Source: an uncultured Actinomycetes bacterium (GTDB taxonomy: Bacteria; Actinomycetota; Acidimicrobiia; Spongiisociales; ZC4RG35). From it: a stretch of 64,000 nt of DNA. The position numbers were made by a program, and so were the translations under genes. This document shows, one piece after another, positions 1 through 8,687 of the stretch; position 1 is the stretch's first letter, and every line of letters starts with the position of its first letter. Below the pieces are notes generated by a model that saw only the letters and a program-made list of their open reading frames with translations, made no database searches and had not been told where the DNA came from. The stretch spans positions 140-64,139 of the forward strand of contig CAVSQY010000001.1 in the NCBI GenBank assembly GCA_963730285.1, given 5' to 3'.

Positions 1-121
1 CACCGGCCAGATTCTCACGACGAAGGGTCTCGACGATCGCCTCATAGAGGGGACGACCCTCGTGGGTATCGGACTCCCCGACGAAGATCCGGAGCAAACG
101 ATTGTCGGTTTGGTTTTCCAT
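1..121 (-). CDS. DUF190 (PII-like) domain protein, crcB-associated; 3' part truncated by the window edge
   Basis: Minus-strand translation from the ATG at 119-121 gives MENQTDNRLLRIFVGESDTHEGRPLYEAIVETLRRENLAG. This is the typical DUF190 N-terminus found downstream of crcB genes. Confidence 0.6.
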   Translation of the reverse strand, partial: MENQTDNRLLRIFVGESDTHEGRPLYEAIVETLRRENLAG

Positions 122-134
122 TTTCAGACTCCGT

Positions 135-491
135 TCAGTTGAACAGGCTATAGCCGATGCCGGCCAGCGCGATGCCGCCCAGGAGTGTGAGCATCAGGTT
201 CATCCATCCGCGGACCGAGCCCGATCCGATCCCGAGCCAGACGGTTTCCATCATCCACGTCGAGAAGGTGGTGAAGCCACTGAGGAAGCCGGCGAGCGCA
301 AGCACGACAGTCGAATCGAGCCGGCCGACACCCATCAGGGCACCGAGGGCCAGCGCCCCGGTGAGATTCACCGTCATCGTCCCCACCGGGAATCCAGATC
401 TGGTCCACCGCTGAGCCAGTCCTGAGACTCCATAACGGGCAATGGCGCCGAGCGCCCCGCTCACGGCAGTCACCAGGAAGCTCATCGCCAC
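135..491 (-). CDS. crcB: fluoride-specific ion channel FluC/CrcB, copy 2
   Basis: 118 aa with four TM-like segments. It carries the CrcB signature GFTTFSTW and overlaps the upstream crcB by 10 bp, as expected for a heterodimer pair. Confidence 0.85.
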   Translation of the reverse strand: MAMSFLVTAVSGALGAIARYGVSGLAQRWTRSGFPVGTMTVNLTGALALGALMGVGRLDSTVVLALAGFLSGFTTFSTWMMETVWLGIGSGSVRGWMNLMLTLLGGIALAGIGYSLFN

Positions 492-901
492 ACTTCACCG
501 AGCCGACCACCGAGAAGGGCGGCCGTCAATCCGGCGAGCAGAGATGCCACCACGTAGGCCGTCGCCGTGAGGGTGTATCCGTCGGCGACGAGGCGGACCG
601 TTTCGACACTGAAAGCCGAGAACGTGGTGAACGAGCCGAGGAGGCCGATGGCCCAGAACTGGAGGGACCACGATGCAGTCGCCGCTCTGGCCCTTCTTGC
701 CGAGTAGGCACCCAGGAACAAAGAGCCGGCGACATTTACGATCAGAAGGGCGAGGGGAAATGACCCGGCACGGAGCGGCAATGCGACGGTGACGCCGTAG
801 CGAATCGCCGATCCCAGCAGCCCTCCGCACGCCACCGCGATCCCAGCTCGGGCTCCTGGGCCGAGACGAGCCCTATGCCGCGTTGTCGAATCCGGCTCCA
901 T
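482..901 (-). CDS. crcB: fluoride-specific ion channel FluC/CrcB, copy 1
   Basis: 139 aa hydrophobic protein with the GSFTTFSAFS motif, sitting directly downstream of a fluoride riboswitch. The real start may be internal. Confidence 0.8.
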   Translation of the reverse strand: MEPDSTTRHRARLGPGARAGIAVACGGLLGSAIRYGVTVALPLRAGSFPLALLIVNVAGSLFLGAYSARRARAATASWSLQFWAIGLLGSFTTFSAFSVETVRLVADGYTLTATAYVVASLLAGLTAALLGGRLGEVWR

Positions 902-920
902 ACACCATCCCGATAAATGA

Positions 921-968
921 CACAGGAGCCATCAGCCGTTGGGCGGTTCTCGGCGAGCCCCATCGCCG
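921..968 (-). promoter_or_regulatory. fluoride riboswitch (crcB motif RNA)
   Basis: The minus strand reads GGCGAUGGGGCUCGCCGAGAACCGCCCAACGGCUGAUGGCUCCUGUG. It matches the conserved GGCGAUGG...UCGCC pseudoknot stem, the AACCGCC box and the GCUGAUG-UCCU box. It ends about 20 nt upstream of the crcB start. Confidence 0.85.
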
Positions 969-1103
969 TGGGACGGGATGCTAAACCAATACGACGAGCG
1001 GCCAAGACGCCGGGTCGGCACAAATCAGCTGCCAGTTAGCATCTGCGACCGGATATACACGGACGGTCCTTGGCGGGCATTGGGGGGCTTCATCACAAAC
1101 GCG

Positions 1104-2000
1104 GTGATCACAACCGAGGCACTCACCAAGTTCTATGGCAAGCGCCGCGGGCTCGACGGCCTCGACATGGAAGTTCGCTCCGGTGAGGTCTACGGGTTCC
1201 TGGGACCAAACGGTGCCGGGAAGACAACGACGATCCGACTGCTTCTGGACGTCCTCCGACCGACCTCGGGCCAGGCTCGTGTCCTGGACCTCGATCCCCG
1301 CGCGGATGGGGTTCGATTGAGACGACGGGTCGGCTACCTACCTGGTGACTTCATCGTCGATGGCCGCCAGGACTCCCGTCATCTCCTCGACCATCTCGCC
1401 GCGTTGAGGGGCGGAGTCGATCGGCATCGCATCGACGAGCTCATCGATCGATTCGAACTCGACGCGGACATCCTCATCAGGTCACTGTCCAAGGGAAATC
1501 GGCAAAAGGTCGGGCTCATCCAGGCGTTCATGCACCAACCAGAGTTACTGATCCTCGACGAGCCGACCAGCGGGCTCGACCCTCTGATGCAGCGGGAAGT
1601 CCACACGCTCATCGGTGAGGCGGCCGAGCAGGGTCAGACGGTCTTCATGTCGTCACACGTGCTCAGCGAGGTCCAGGCGATCGCAGATCGGGTGGGCATC
1701 ATCCGGGATGGGCGTCTGGCAGCCGTCGAGGACGTCGAGACGCTCCGCGCCAGGGCGATACGCCACGTCACGATCAGTTTCAATGGGCACGTCCCGCCCG
1801 GCTCCTTCGACTCGGTTCAGGGAATCGAGGACGTAGCCCTCGAGAACTCGACTTTGCGCTGCACTCTCACGGGGTGGGCCGACGAGCTCATCAAGGCGGC
1901 CTCCCGTTTCGAGGTGGTTTCCATCCAATCCGAGGAGCCCGACCTGGAGCAGATGTTCTTCACGTTCTACGAGGGAGGCGGCGGCGCACATGTGGCCTGA
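1104..2000 (+). CDS. ABC transporter ATP-binding protein
   Basis: Walker A GPNGAGKTT, signature LSKGNRQKV and Walker B LLILDEP are present. I placed the start at the GTG at 1104 rather than ORF start 939, because that extension would overlap the riboswitch. Confidence 0.8.
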   Translation: MITTEALTKFYGKRRGLDGLDMEVRSGEVYGFLGPNGAGKTTTIRLLLDVLRPTSGQARVLDLDPRADGVRLRRRVGYLPGDFIVDGRQDSRHLLDHLAALRGGVDRHRIDELIDRFELDADILIRSLSKGNRQKVGLIQAFMHQPELLILDEPTSGLDPLMQREVHTLIGEAAEQGQTVFMSSHVLSEVQAIADRVGIIRDGRLAAVEDVETLRARAIRHVTISFNGHVPPGSFDSVQGIEDVALENSTLRCTLTGWADELIKAASRFEVVSIQSEEPDLEQMFFTFYEGGGGAHVA

Positions 2001-2781
2001 GATCCTCACCAAGAGCCTTTGGGATCAGCGCCGCGCATTCCTGGGCTGGGGGATCGGGCTCGGTGCTGCCGCCGCCGTGTACACGGGCTTCTTCGCCGTG
2101 GTCGAGCCCGACACCTTCGCGGGAATGCTCGACACCTTCCCGCCTGACCTGCTGCAGGCTTTTGGTTGGACGGATATCTCCAGCCCCTCCGGATATCTCG
2201 GGGCAACCGTGTACGGGCTGGTCGTGCCCATCCTGACGATCGTCTTCGCGATCGCGGTCGGAACCCGCTACCTCGCCGGTGACGAGGAGGCGGGAACCCT
2301 GGAGCTGACGATCACCCAGCCCGTGAGCCGCACCTCGGTCTTCCTGCAGAGGGCAGCCGCTATGGCCGTCGCAGGCTTTGGCGCCGCCGCCGTCGTCTTG
2401 GTGGTGGTCCTGGCTCTGCGAGCCCCCGTCGGTCTGGAGATCCAAATTGGCAACATCGCCGCGTCGAGTCTCCAGCTGGCGCTGCTAGCGGTGGTCTTCG
2501 GGTCTCTCGCCCTCATGGTGGGGGCGGTGCGTGGCCGACGCGGAGTCGTGCTCGGCGTGAGCGCCGCCGTCGCCGTGTTCGCCTACTTCGCCGACACCGT
2601 GATACCTCAGGTCGAGGGGCTCGCCTGGCTGGAGAACCTCTCGTTCTTCAACTATTACGACGGGGCTGCGGTGCTCAAGGATGGGCTCGACCCTGCCAAG
2701 ACGTTGGTGTTGATCGCCAGCGCCCTGATCCTCGTTGGCATTGGCGCGATTGCGTTCAACAGGCGAGACATCGGCACCTGA
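1990..2781 (+). CDS. ABC-2 family transporter permease
   Basis: 263 aa with six predicted TM segments. It overlaps the ATPase stop, consistent with translational coupling. Confidence 0.7.
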   Translation: MWPEILTKSLWDQRRAFLGWGIGLGAAAAVYTGFFAVVEPDTFAGMLDTFPPDLLQAFGWTDISSPSGYLGATVYGLVVPILTIVFAIAVGTRYLAGDEEAGTLELTITQPVSRTSVFLQRAAAMAVAGFGAAAVVLVVVLALRAPVGLEIQIGNIAASSLQLALLAVVFGSLALMVGAVRGRRGVVLGVSAAVAVFAYFADTVIPQVEGLAWLENLSFFNYYDGAAVLKDGLDPAKTLVLIASALILVGIGAIAFNRRDIGT

Positions 2782-2788
2782 CAGTTGG

Positions 2789-3286
2789 TCAGGACACCGA
2801 TGCCTTCAGCTGCTCTGCGATCCCGGTGGCCCAGGTCCGAACCTCCTCCCAGTCCCTGAAGTCGCCCTCCGGGGCCCGGAACGCGGTAGCAATGGCCCGT
2901 TCTCCGAAGCCGAGCTGCCGCTTGTCCAGCTTCCCGGCAAAGACGACGTGGCCCCTCGCTCCCGTCAGCTCTCGAATATGGCCCACATCGACCGGGTCCT
3001 CATCGGGCTTCGGCGGGTCTCCCACCGGGCCACTCGAGAAGATCCAGGTAGGTCGACGACTGAGGTCACTCTCGAACTCCTCCGCCAACTCGATGGCGGA
3101 ATGCATCCAGTGACCGGCATAGACGGCACTTCCGAGGACCACGGCGTCGAATCCGTCCACCGCCGCCACGTCCTCCGGCGCCAGCTCCCGCACTTCCAGG
3201 CCCTCGTTGACGAGCACATCGCCGATAGCCCGCCCGATCTCTGCCGTCGCACCGTGCTTGCTCGCTGTGGCGACCAAAACCCTCAT
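2789..3286 (-). CDS. flavodoxin-like fold protein (flavodoxin/NAD(P)H-dependent FMN reductase family)
   Basis: 165 aa. The N-terminus MRVLVATASKHGATAEIG resembles the phosphate-binding loop of flavodoxin and HemG-like proteins. Confidence 0.65.
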   Translation of the reverse strand: MRVLVATASKHGATAEIGRAIGDVLVNEGLEVRELAPEDVAAVDGFDAVVLGSAVYAGHWMHSAIELAEEFESDLSRRPTWIFSSGPVGDPPKPDEDPVDVGHIRELTGARGHVVFAGKLDKRQLGFGERAIATAFRAPEGDFRDWEEVRTWATGIAEQLKASVS

Positions 3287-3393
3287 GCTGGCCTCCTTTC
3301 TGCCATGACCGCAGATCTATGACATAGGCGGCGGGCCTACCAGGGCCAAATGGCCCGAAACCGGGTCAAGCCGGTACCGGAGCTACCCTGCCG

Positions 3394-5088
3394 GTGATGC
3401 CGTCAGCACCCGGGAGCCCCCTCCGTATCGGCATCATGTGCAACGGGCTCAGCTTCCCCGCATGGCAGGCCAAGGCCATCCAGCATCTCCTCGACCTCGC
3501 CCCCAGGGTCGAGATCGCCCTGCTCATGGTGCCTTCGGGCGAGCGTCGGAGGCCAGGCCGGCTAAGGGCGTTGTTACGGGATCCGCGTCATCTGCTGTGG
3601 AATCTCTACAACAAGGGCTACATCGAGCGACGTTCTCGGGCCTCGCGGGGTGTCGATCTCAGTGTCAGTCTCGGCGACGTGCCCAGAGTGTCATGTGCCA
3701 CCCAGCCCGTGGGGAGATACGCCGAACGCTTCGCACCCGAGGATCTCGACATCATCCGCAACGCCAGCCTCGACCTGATCATCCGCTTCGCCTTCGGCAT
3801 CATCAAAGGCGAGATCCTGGAGGCGGCCAGATACGGGGTGTGGTCCTTTCATCACGGAGACGAGCGAACCTATAGGGGGCAGCCACCCGGCTTTTGGGAG
3901 ATCGTCGAAGGTGAGCGGGCGATGGGAGCGATCATCCAAAGGATCACGGAGCGGCTGGACGGTGGGACGGTCCTCCATCGGGGCGCGTTCCGTGTCACTG
4001 CCCACTCATATCGGAGAACACGTGATGATGCATTCTTCGGATCAGCGGACTTCGTGGCGACCGCAGTCAAGCGTCTACTCGGCGGCGACGACAGCATGGT
4101 CACCGGCGAGCCCTCCCATACCGACGCCCGCGTCCGTCGTTCCCCCGGCAACTGGACCATGACACGGTTCCTCATCCGGCAGGCGCTGCGATTCCTCGGA
4201 TCGCAGTGGCGCGGGCTGACCCGGGCCTCAATCTGGACGGTGGGTTTCACCGAAGTCCCCATCGCCGGCTTCCTCGAGGGGAGCACACCGCCCATACGGT
4301 GGGCCCGCGAGCAAGGCAAGGGCCGCTATCTGGCCGACCCGTTCCCCGACCCATCCGGGCGCACCGGGATCGTCCTGGTCGAGGACTATCGGCACGAAAC
4401 CCATCGTGGGGTGATCTCGGCAATCGAGTTGGATGGCGACGCAAAGGCCCGGGAAGTGCTGGACACCGGCGTTCACGCCTCGTATCCCTATCTGGTCGAA
4501 GACGACGGAGTCATCTACTGCATACCCGAGACCTACCAGGCCAACCAGCTCCGGCTTTACCGAGCCGTCGACTTCCCCGATCGATGGGAGCTCGAGTCCA
4601 CGTTCCTGGACGGCATCGCCGCCCTCGACCCGACCATCGTCCATCATGACGATCGCTGGTGGCTGTTCTGCACCGTGGAAGGCGGTCATGCCAACACGAA
4701 GCTCCATGTCTTTCACGCCCCCCGGCTGGCGGGGCCGTGGGAGCCACACGCTCTGAACCCGGTGAAGACCAACATCTCCTCCAGTCGACCCGGGGGAACG
4801 CCCTTCATGCACGACGGCATGTTGTTCCGACCCGCCCAGGATGGGTCTGCCAGCTATGGGGGCGGTGTGACGATCAACCGAGTCGACTTGTTGACTCCGG
4901 ACGATTTCAGCGAAACCGAGGTCGCCCGAATAGGGCCACCGGCGACCGGCCGTTACCGGGACGGGATCCACACCCTGTCGGCTCAGGGTGGGCGGACGAT
5001 CGTCGACGGGAGGAGAGACACATTCGTGTTCGCCTCATTCATGAGGGAGCTCAGGGCCCGCGTGTCCCGAGTTGGAAGGCGCGGCTGA
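3394..5088 (+). CDS. fusion protein: N-terminal formyltransferase domain plus a C-terminal propeller-like domain of unknown function
   Basis: Residues about 100-230 carry a Formyl_trans_N-like signature (SFHHGDERTYRGQPPGFWEIVEGE, matching the HxSLLPxxRG/FW motif of Fmt, PurN and ArnA). The C-terminal 350 aa carry DPFPD, DPTIVHHDDRWWLF and FMHDGMLFRP motifs that recall GH43/GH32-type five-bladed propellers. Confidence 0.7.
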   Translation: MMPSAPGSPLRIGIMCNGLSFPAWQAKAIQHLLDLAPRVEIALLMVPSGERRRPGRLRALLRDPRHLLWNLYNKGYIERRSRASRGVDLSVSLGDVPRVSCATQPVGRYAERFAPEDLDIIRNASLDLIIRFAFGIIKGEILEAARYGVWSFHHGDERTYRGQPPGFWEIVEGERAMGAIIQRITERLDGGTVLHRGAFRVTAHSYRRTRDDAFFGSADFVATAVKRLLGGDDSMVTGEPSHTDARVRRSPGNWTMTRFLIRQALRFLGSQWRGLTRASIWTVGFTEVPIAGFLEGSTPPIRWAREQGKGRYLADPFPDPSGRTGIVLVEDYRHETHRGVISAIELDGDAKAREVLDTGVHASYPYLVEDDGVIYCIPETYQANQLRLYRAVDFPDRWELESTFLDGIAALDPTIVHHDDRWWLFCTVEGGHANTKLHVFHAPRLAGPWEPHALNPVKTNISSSRPGGTPFMHDGMLFRPAQDGSASYGGGVTINRVDLLTPDDFSETEVARIGPPATGRYRDGIHTLSAQGGRTIVDGRRDTFVFASFMRELRARVSRVGRRG

Positions 5089-5092
5089 CGAC

Positions 5093-5425
5093 TCAGGCGT
5101 GAGCGCGGGGCCGAAACCGCCAGATCAAAACGGCTGCCGCCATGGACGCCGCTGCGGCAACCAGGGCCACCGGGGTTCGCCATGTCCTGGCCAGCGCCAA
5201 CTCGCCATCGAGTGACGACATGACCCGCCACTCCAGATCCAGCGGAGCCCGATAGGACTCATTCGACATCGCCTGAAGCTCGCGGGCCGCCCACGACATT
5301 GCGGCGTGCCGGGCCTGGCACTTGAGGCACTCGTCGCTGTGACGTCTGACCAGCGCGATCACTTCGCTTCCGTCAACGGCGCTGTTGGCTATGAACGGAG
5401 CCGCCAGCTCACACGCCAATCTCAT
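5093..5425 (-). CDS. anti-sigma factor, zinc-finger (ZAS-like)
   Basis: Start MRLACELA overlaps the sigma factor stop by 4 bp. An HxxxCxxC motif (RRHSDECLKCQARH) and a C-terminal hydrophobic segment are present. Confidence 0.6.
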   Translation of the reverse strand: MRLACELAAPFIANSAVDGSEVIALVRRHSDECLKCQARHAAMSWAARELQAMSNESYRAPLDLEWRVMSSLDGELALARTWRTPVALVAAAASMAAAVLIWRFRPRAHA

Positions 5426-5991
5426 GCCGATTCCTCCAGATTTCGAGCCAAACGGGCCCGTGCGCGATGAAGACGCACCTTGGCAGCCGAGACTGAGATA
5501 CCCATCGTCGCCGCGATCTCGGCATGGGACCATCCGTATACGTCCTTGAGCACGACCACCTGTCGTTGCGAGTCGGGCAGTTCGTCGAGAGCGTGTCTCA
5601 GCTTCCCGCGCAATTCGAGTATCTCCCCGGCGACCTCCGGTTGCTCAGGTCCATAAGGGGCAGCCAACTCAGCGACCTCGTCGAGTGACTTGCCCTGGTG
5701 TCGCTTTGCTCGGTTGCGCTGGGTCCATGCGGTGTTGACCGTGATCCGATGGAGCCAGGTGGAGAGAGCGGCCTCACCGCGGAACCCGGGGAGGGACTTC
5801 CAGGCGCGAATCAAGGTCTCCTGCGCCACATCGGCGGCGAGATGGGGGTCGCCTACCAATCTTCGAGCCAAGGTGTAGACCTCGTTTCCATGCTCACGAA
5901 CCAGGGCCGAGAATGCCGCCTTGTCACCGGCCTGTGCCCGGGCAATGAGCTCTTGTTCCTTCTTGGAAGATTCGACTTCTGGCCTCTCCAT
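5422..5991 (-). CDS. RNA polymerase ECF sigma factor (sigma-70 family)
   Basis: 189 aa. Region 2 (ETLIRAWKSLPGF) and region 4 helix-turn-helix (VVVLKDVYGWSHAEIAATMGISVSAAKVRLHRAR) are both present. Confidence 0.85.
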   Translation of the reverse strand: MERPEVESSKKEQELIARAQAGDKAAFSALVREHGNEVYTLARRLVGDPHLAADVAQETLIRAWKSLPGFRGEAALSTWLHRITVNTAWTQRNRAKRHQGKSLDEVAELAAPYGPEQPEVAGEILELRGKLRHALDELPDSQRQVVVLKDVYGWSHAEIAATMGISVSAAKVRLHRARARLARNLEESA

Positions 5992-5995
5992 TGGG

Positions 5996-6790
5996 TTACC
6001 GCTCCCCGAGAGTGATTCGCGCGCTCAGATACTCGACTTCGTCGGCGGCAACGGCAACATCGACGACCTCCTCCGCCTCGCTCACCGACACCGAGACCGG
6101 CGTCGCCGGCGGCAGCGGGTTTCTGAATCGAACCCGGGCTGAACTGAGTGGGACATCACCCGACCGGAGTCGGGACGCGGCGACAAACGCCCATGAGGCC
6201 TGGAGTAGGCCGTGGGCCACCACACCCGGCAGCCCGGCTTCCACCGCGGATCGATGATCCCAGTGAATTGGATTCCAGTCTCGTGTCGCCGCGGCATATC
6301 GGATCAGGTCGGCCCGACTGGCGCTGACCTGGCCCGATCCAGGATGGCCGTCATCCAGAGGCGCTGGTTCGGGTCGCTCCGCGTTGCCCGAGATCGGTGT
6401 GGACTCACCGGAGACGAGGAAGAGCGCCGAGCCCTCAGCCACCGTGCCCTGTTCGTCCTCGACTTCGAGATCGAAGCTGACGAAGTTGACACCACCACGC
6501 TCACGAACCCGGGAGACGGTCCCACCAACCTGGAGCGTCGCCCCGTCGATCATCGGCCGGCGCCATGTGTATGTCTGCTCGCCGTGGAGAACCGAGTGCT
6601 CGGTGAGTTGGCAGAGTAGATCGGGAGCAACCGCGAAGAGACAGGCGGAGACGAATCCGGGGGGAGCGATGTCGCCCCACCGGTCCACGTCGTCGCGGGT
6701 GGCATCGACGAAATCGGCGATGTCGGCCCGACCCACATCGAAACGGTGTGGCCCAAAGCTGTGACCGGCCACCGAAGTCAGATCCATCAT
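5996..6790 (-). CDS. MaoC-like double hot-dog (3R)-hydroxyacyl-ACP/CoA dehydratase, fused HadAB-like
   Basis: 264 aa with two hot-dog halves; the C-terminal half has the hydratase motif around DWNPIHWD. It sits immediately downstream of rpmG, as in the mycobacterial rpmG-hadABC synteny. Confidence 0.8.
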   Translation of the reverse strand: MMDLTSVAGHSFGPHRFDVGRADIADFVDATRDDVDRWGDIAPPGFVSACLFAVAPDLLCQLTEHSVLHGEQTYTWRRPMIDGATLQVGGTVSRVRERGGVNFVSFDLEVEDEQGTVAEGSALFLVSGESTPISGNAERPEPAPLDDGHPGSGQVSASRADLIRYAAATRDWNPIHWDHRSAVEAGLPGVVAHGLLQASWAFVAASRLRSGDVPLSSARVRFRNPLPPATPVSVSVSEAEEVVDVAVAADEVEYLSARITLGER

Positions 6791-6843
6791 CGAAACGCTA
6801 ACCGTCGTGCCGTCGGAACCTCAGATCGGGTCTGTCCGATCTG

Positions 6844-6873
6844 AAAAAAAGGCCCCCACTGTGGGGGCCTTTT
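6844..6873 (-). terminator. rho-independent terminator after rpmG
   Basis: The minus strand reads AAAAGGCCCCCACAGUGGGGGCCUUUUUUU: a perfect 8-9 bp GC stem followed by a U7 tract, 3 nt after the rpmG stop. Confidence 0.75.
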
Positions 6874-6875
6874 GG

Positions 6876-7037
6876 TCAACGGGTCTCTCGGTGCACCGTG
6901 TGCTGACGACACCACCGGCAGTATTTCTTCATCTCCAGTCGGTCGGGGGTGTTCGTCTTGTTCTTGGTTGTCACATAGTTGCGTCGCTTGCACTCGGTGC
7001 AGGCGAGCGTCAACGGCGGTCTCTTGTCACTTGCCAT
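6876..7037 (-). CDS. rpmG: 50S ribosomal protein L33
   Basis: Hand-translated from the minus strand as [53 protein letters not shown], 54 aa with the CxxC...CxxC zinc ribbon. It is not listed in the ORF track because it is shorter than 60 aa. Confidence 0.9.
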   Translation of the reverse strand: MASDKRPPLTLACTECKRRNYVTTKNKTNTPDRLEMKKYCRWCRQHTVHRETR

Positions 7038-7053
7038 TTGGGTCTTCTCTCGG

Positions 7054-8244
7054 TTATTTGAGGATCTTTGTGACTCGTCCGGCGCCTACGGTCCGTCCAC
7101 CCTCACGGATAGCAAACCGCAAACCATCATCCATGGCGATCGGAGCGATCAGTTCGACCGTCATCTCCGTATTGTCCCCAGGCATCACCATCTGAGTGCC
7201 CTCAGGCAGTTCAATCGCCCCGGTCACATCAGTAGTCCGAAAATAGAATTGAGGCCGATACCCCGGGAAAAACGGGTTATGCCGACCCCCCTCCTCCTTA
7301 GTCAACACATACACCTGAGCTTCGAAATCAGTATGAGGAGTAATCGAACCCGGCTTGGCCAAAACCTGGCCACGCTCCACCTCATCCTTACCCACACCAC
7401 GAAGAAGAACCCCAACATTGTCCCCAGCCCGACCCTCATCCAAAAGCTTACGGAACATTTCAATCCCAGTAGCCACCGTCTTATGAGTAGGCCGGATCCC
7501 CACGATCTCAACCTCCTCATTCACCTTCAAAATCCCCTGCTCCACCCGGCCAGTAACCACAGTCCCCCGACCAGTAATAGTAAACACGTCCTCAATCGAC
7601 ATCAAAAACGGCTTCTCAGTATCCCGATCCGGCTCCGGCACATAAGAATCCACCGCAGCCATCAACTCCATGATCTGATCCGAAGAAGCCTCATCACCAT
7701 CCAACGCCTTCAAAGCAGACCCCCGGACCACCGGAACCTCATCACCAGGAAACTCATACTCAGTCAACAAGTCCCGAACCTCAAGCTCCACCAGATCCAA
7801 AAGCTCCTCATCATCAACCATGTCCACCTTGTTCAAAAACACCACAATCGAAGGAACCCCAACCTGACGAGCCAACAACACATGCTCCCGAGTCTGAGGC
7901 ATCGGACCATCAGCAGCACTAACCACCAAAATCGCCCCATCCACCTGCGCCGCACCCGTAATCATGTTCTTGATGTAATCAGCATGACCCGGCATATCCA
8001 CATGCGCATAATGACGATTCTCAGTCTCATACTCCACATGAGCAATCTGAATCGTGATCCCACGCTCCCGCTCCTCAGGAGCCTTATCAATCATGTCAAA
8101 CGACGTCATCTGATTCGACCCACCAACACGCTCCGCCAACACCCGCGTAATCGCAGCCGTCAACGTCGTCTTCCCATGATCAATATGACCCATCGTCCCC
8201 ACATTCACATGCGGCTTCGTACGCTCAAACTTCGCCTTCGCCAT
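7054..8244 (-). CDS. tuf: elongation factor Tu
   Basis: 396 aa starting [32 protein letters not shown], with full-length EF-Tu G domain motifs. Confidence 0.97.
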   Translation of the reverse strand: MAKAKFERTKPHVNVGTMGHIDHGKTTLTAAITRVLAERVGGSNQMTSFDMIDKAPEERERGITIQIAHVEYETENRHYAHVDMPGHADYIKNMITGAAQVDGAILVVSAADGPMPQTREHVLLARQVGVPSIVVFLNKVDMVDDEELLDLVELEVRDLLTEYEFPGDEVPVVRGSALKALDGDEASSDQIMELMAAVDSYVPEPDRDTEKPFLMSIEDVFTITGRGTVVTGRVEQGILKVNEEVEIVGIRPTHKTVATGIEMFRKLLDEGRAGDNVGVLLRGVGKDEVERGQVLAKPGSITPHTDFEAQVYVLTKEEGGRHNPFFPGYRPQFYFRTTDVTGAIELPEGTQMVMPGDNTEMTVELIAPIAMDDGLRFAIREGGRTVGAGRVTKILK

Positions 8245-8303
8245 CGTCTGGCTCCTCTTCTTTCTCGTCCAAAATCACCGCAGCCTACGCCACGGACCAG
8301 TTG

Positions 8304-8377
8304 TAGCGGCGGGCAGACTCGAACTGCCGACCTCTCGATTATGAGTCGAGCGCTCTCACCTACTGAGCTACGCCGCC
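8304..8377 (-). tRNA. tRNA-Met (CAT), elongator-type
   Basis: The minus strand reads GGCGGCGTAGCTCAGTAGGTGAGAGCGCTCGACTCATAATCGAGAGGTCGGCAGTTCGAGTCTGCCCGCCGCTA. It folds as a cloverleaf with anticodon loop CTCATAA, and the T-loop is TTCGAGT. CCA is not encoded. Confidence 0.8.
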
Positions 8378-8468
8378 TCGAGCTTTGCTCGAGGTTGGAG
8401 AAATCGCCTCCCTGCTGCGTGCAGCACTCCAGCGATTCTCCAGCCTGTGGACGCTCTTTTTTGTTCCA

Positions 8469-8611
8469 CCCATCCCTAGCGGGATAGGTTGCAGGCTGGA
8501 GATTGGCAAAGCCAATCTCCCACGTGATCGGCAAAGCCGATCACGCAGGCTTGTCATGCAAGCCGACGCAGTTGGCAGAGCCAACTGCAACCTGCCGGCT
8601 ATGCCGGCAGG
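8469..8611 (-). ncRNA. candidate structured RNA between tRNA-Thr and tRNA-Met: a cluster of consecutive perfect hairpins, three with GGCUYUGCC tops
   Basis: Perfect hairpins: CCUGCCGGC-AUA-GCCGGCAGG, GCAGUUGG-CUCU-GCCAACUGC, GGCUUG-CAUGA-CAAGCC, CGUGAUCGG-CUUUG-CCGAUCACG and GGAGAUUGG-CUUUG-CCAAUCUCC. There is a possible closing helix AGGUUGCAG/CUGCAACCU. It has no tRNA T-loop and no coding potential. Confidence 0.3.
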
Positions 8612-8614
8612 CAG

Positions 8615-8687
8615 AGCCCCCTTCCGGATTTGAACCGAAGACCTCTTCCTTACCATGGAAGCGCTCTACCGACTGAGCTAAGGGGGC
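8615..8687 (-). tRNA. tRNA-Thr (GGT)
   Basis: The minus strand reads GCCCCCTTAGCTCAGTCGGTAGAGCGCTTCCATGGTAAGGAAGAGGTCTTCGGTTCAAATCCGGAAGGGGGCT. The anticodon loop is ATGGTAA and the acceptor stem GCCCCCU/AGGGGGC is perfect. Confidence 0.85.

Noticed and set aside
102-510. Plus-strand and alternative minus-strand ORFs overlapping crcB
   Set aside because: The CrcB reading frame gives the hydrophobic four-TM protein with the conserved FTTFS motif. The others are Arg/Pro-rich artefacts.
939-1103. N-terminal 55-codon extension of the ABC ATPase ORF
   Set aside because: The extension would overlap the fluoride riboswitch on the opposite strand and lacks an RBS. The GTG at 1104 sits right before the conserved ATPase N-terminus.
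4228-4971. 247-aa minus-strand ORF inside the formyltransferase-fusion gene
   Set aside because: It is antisense within a coding region that has recognisable formyltransferase motifs on the plus strand.
8444-8468. Possible terminator (GUGGAACAAAAAAGAGCGUCCAC) inside the tRNA spacer
   Set aside because: The stem is only 5 bp with a large A-rich loop, and it is not followed by a U tract on the transcribed strand. More likely it is part of the spacer structure.
6979-8487. 502-aa plus-strand ORF
   Set aside because: It is entirely antisense to tuf and the tRNA-Met region. The translation is low-complexity and rich in His, Arg, Leu and Pro, with no motifs. It is a GC-content artefact.
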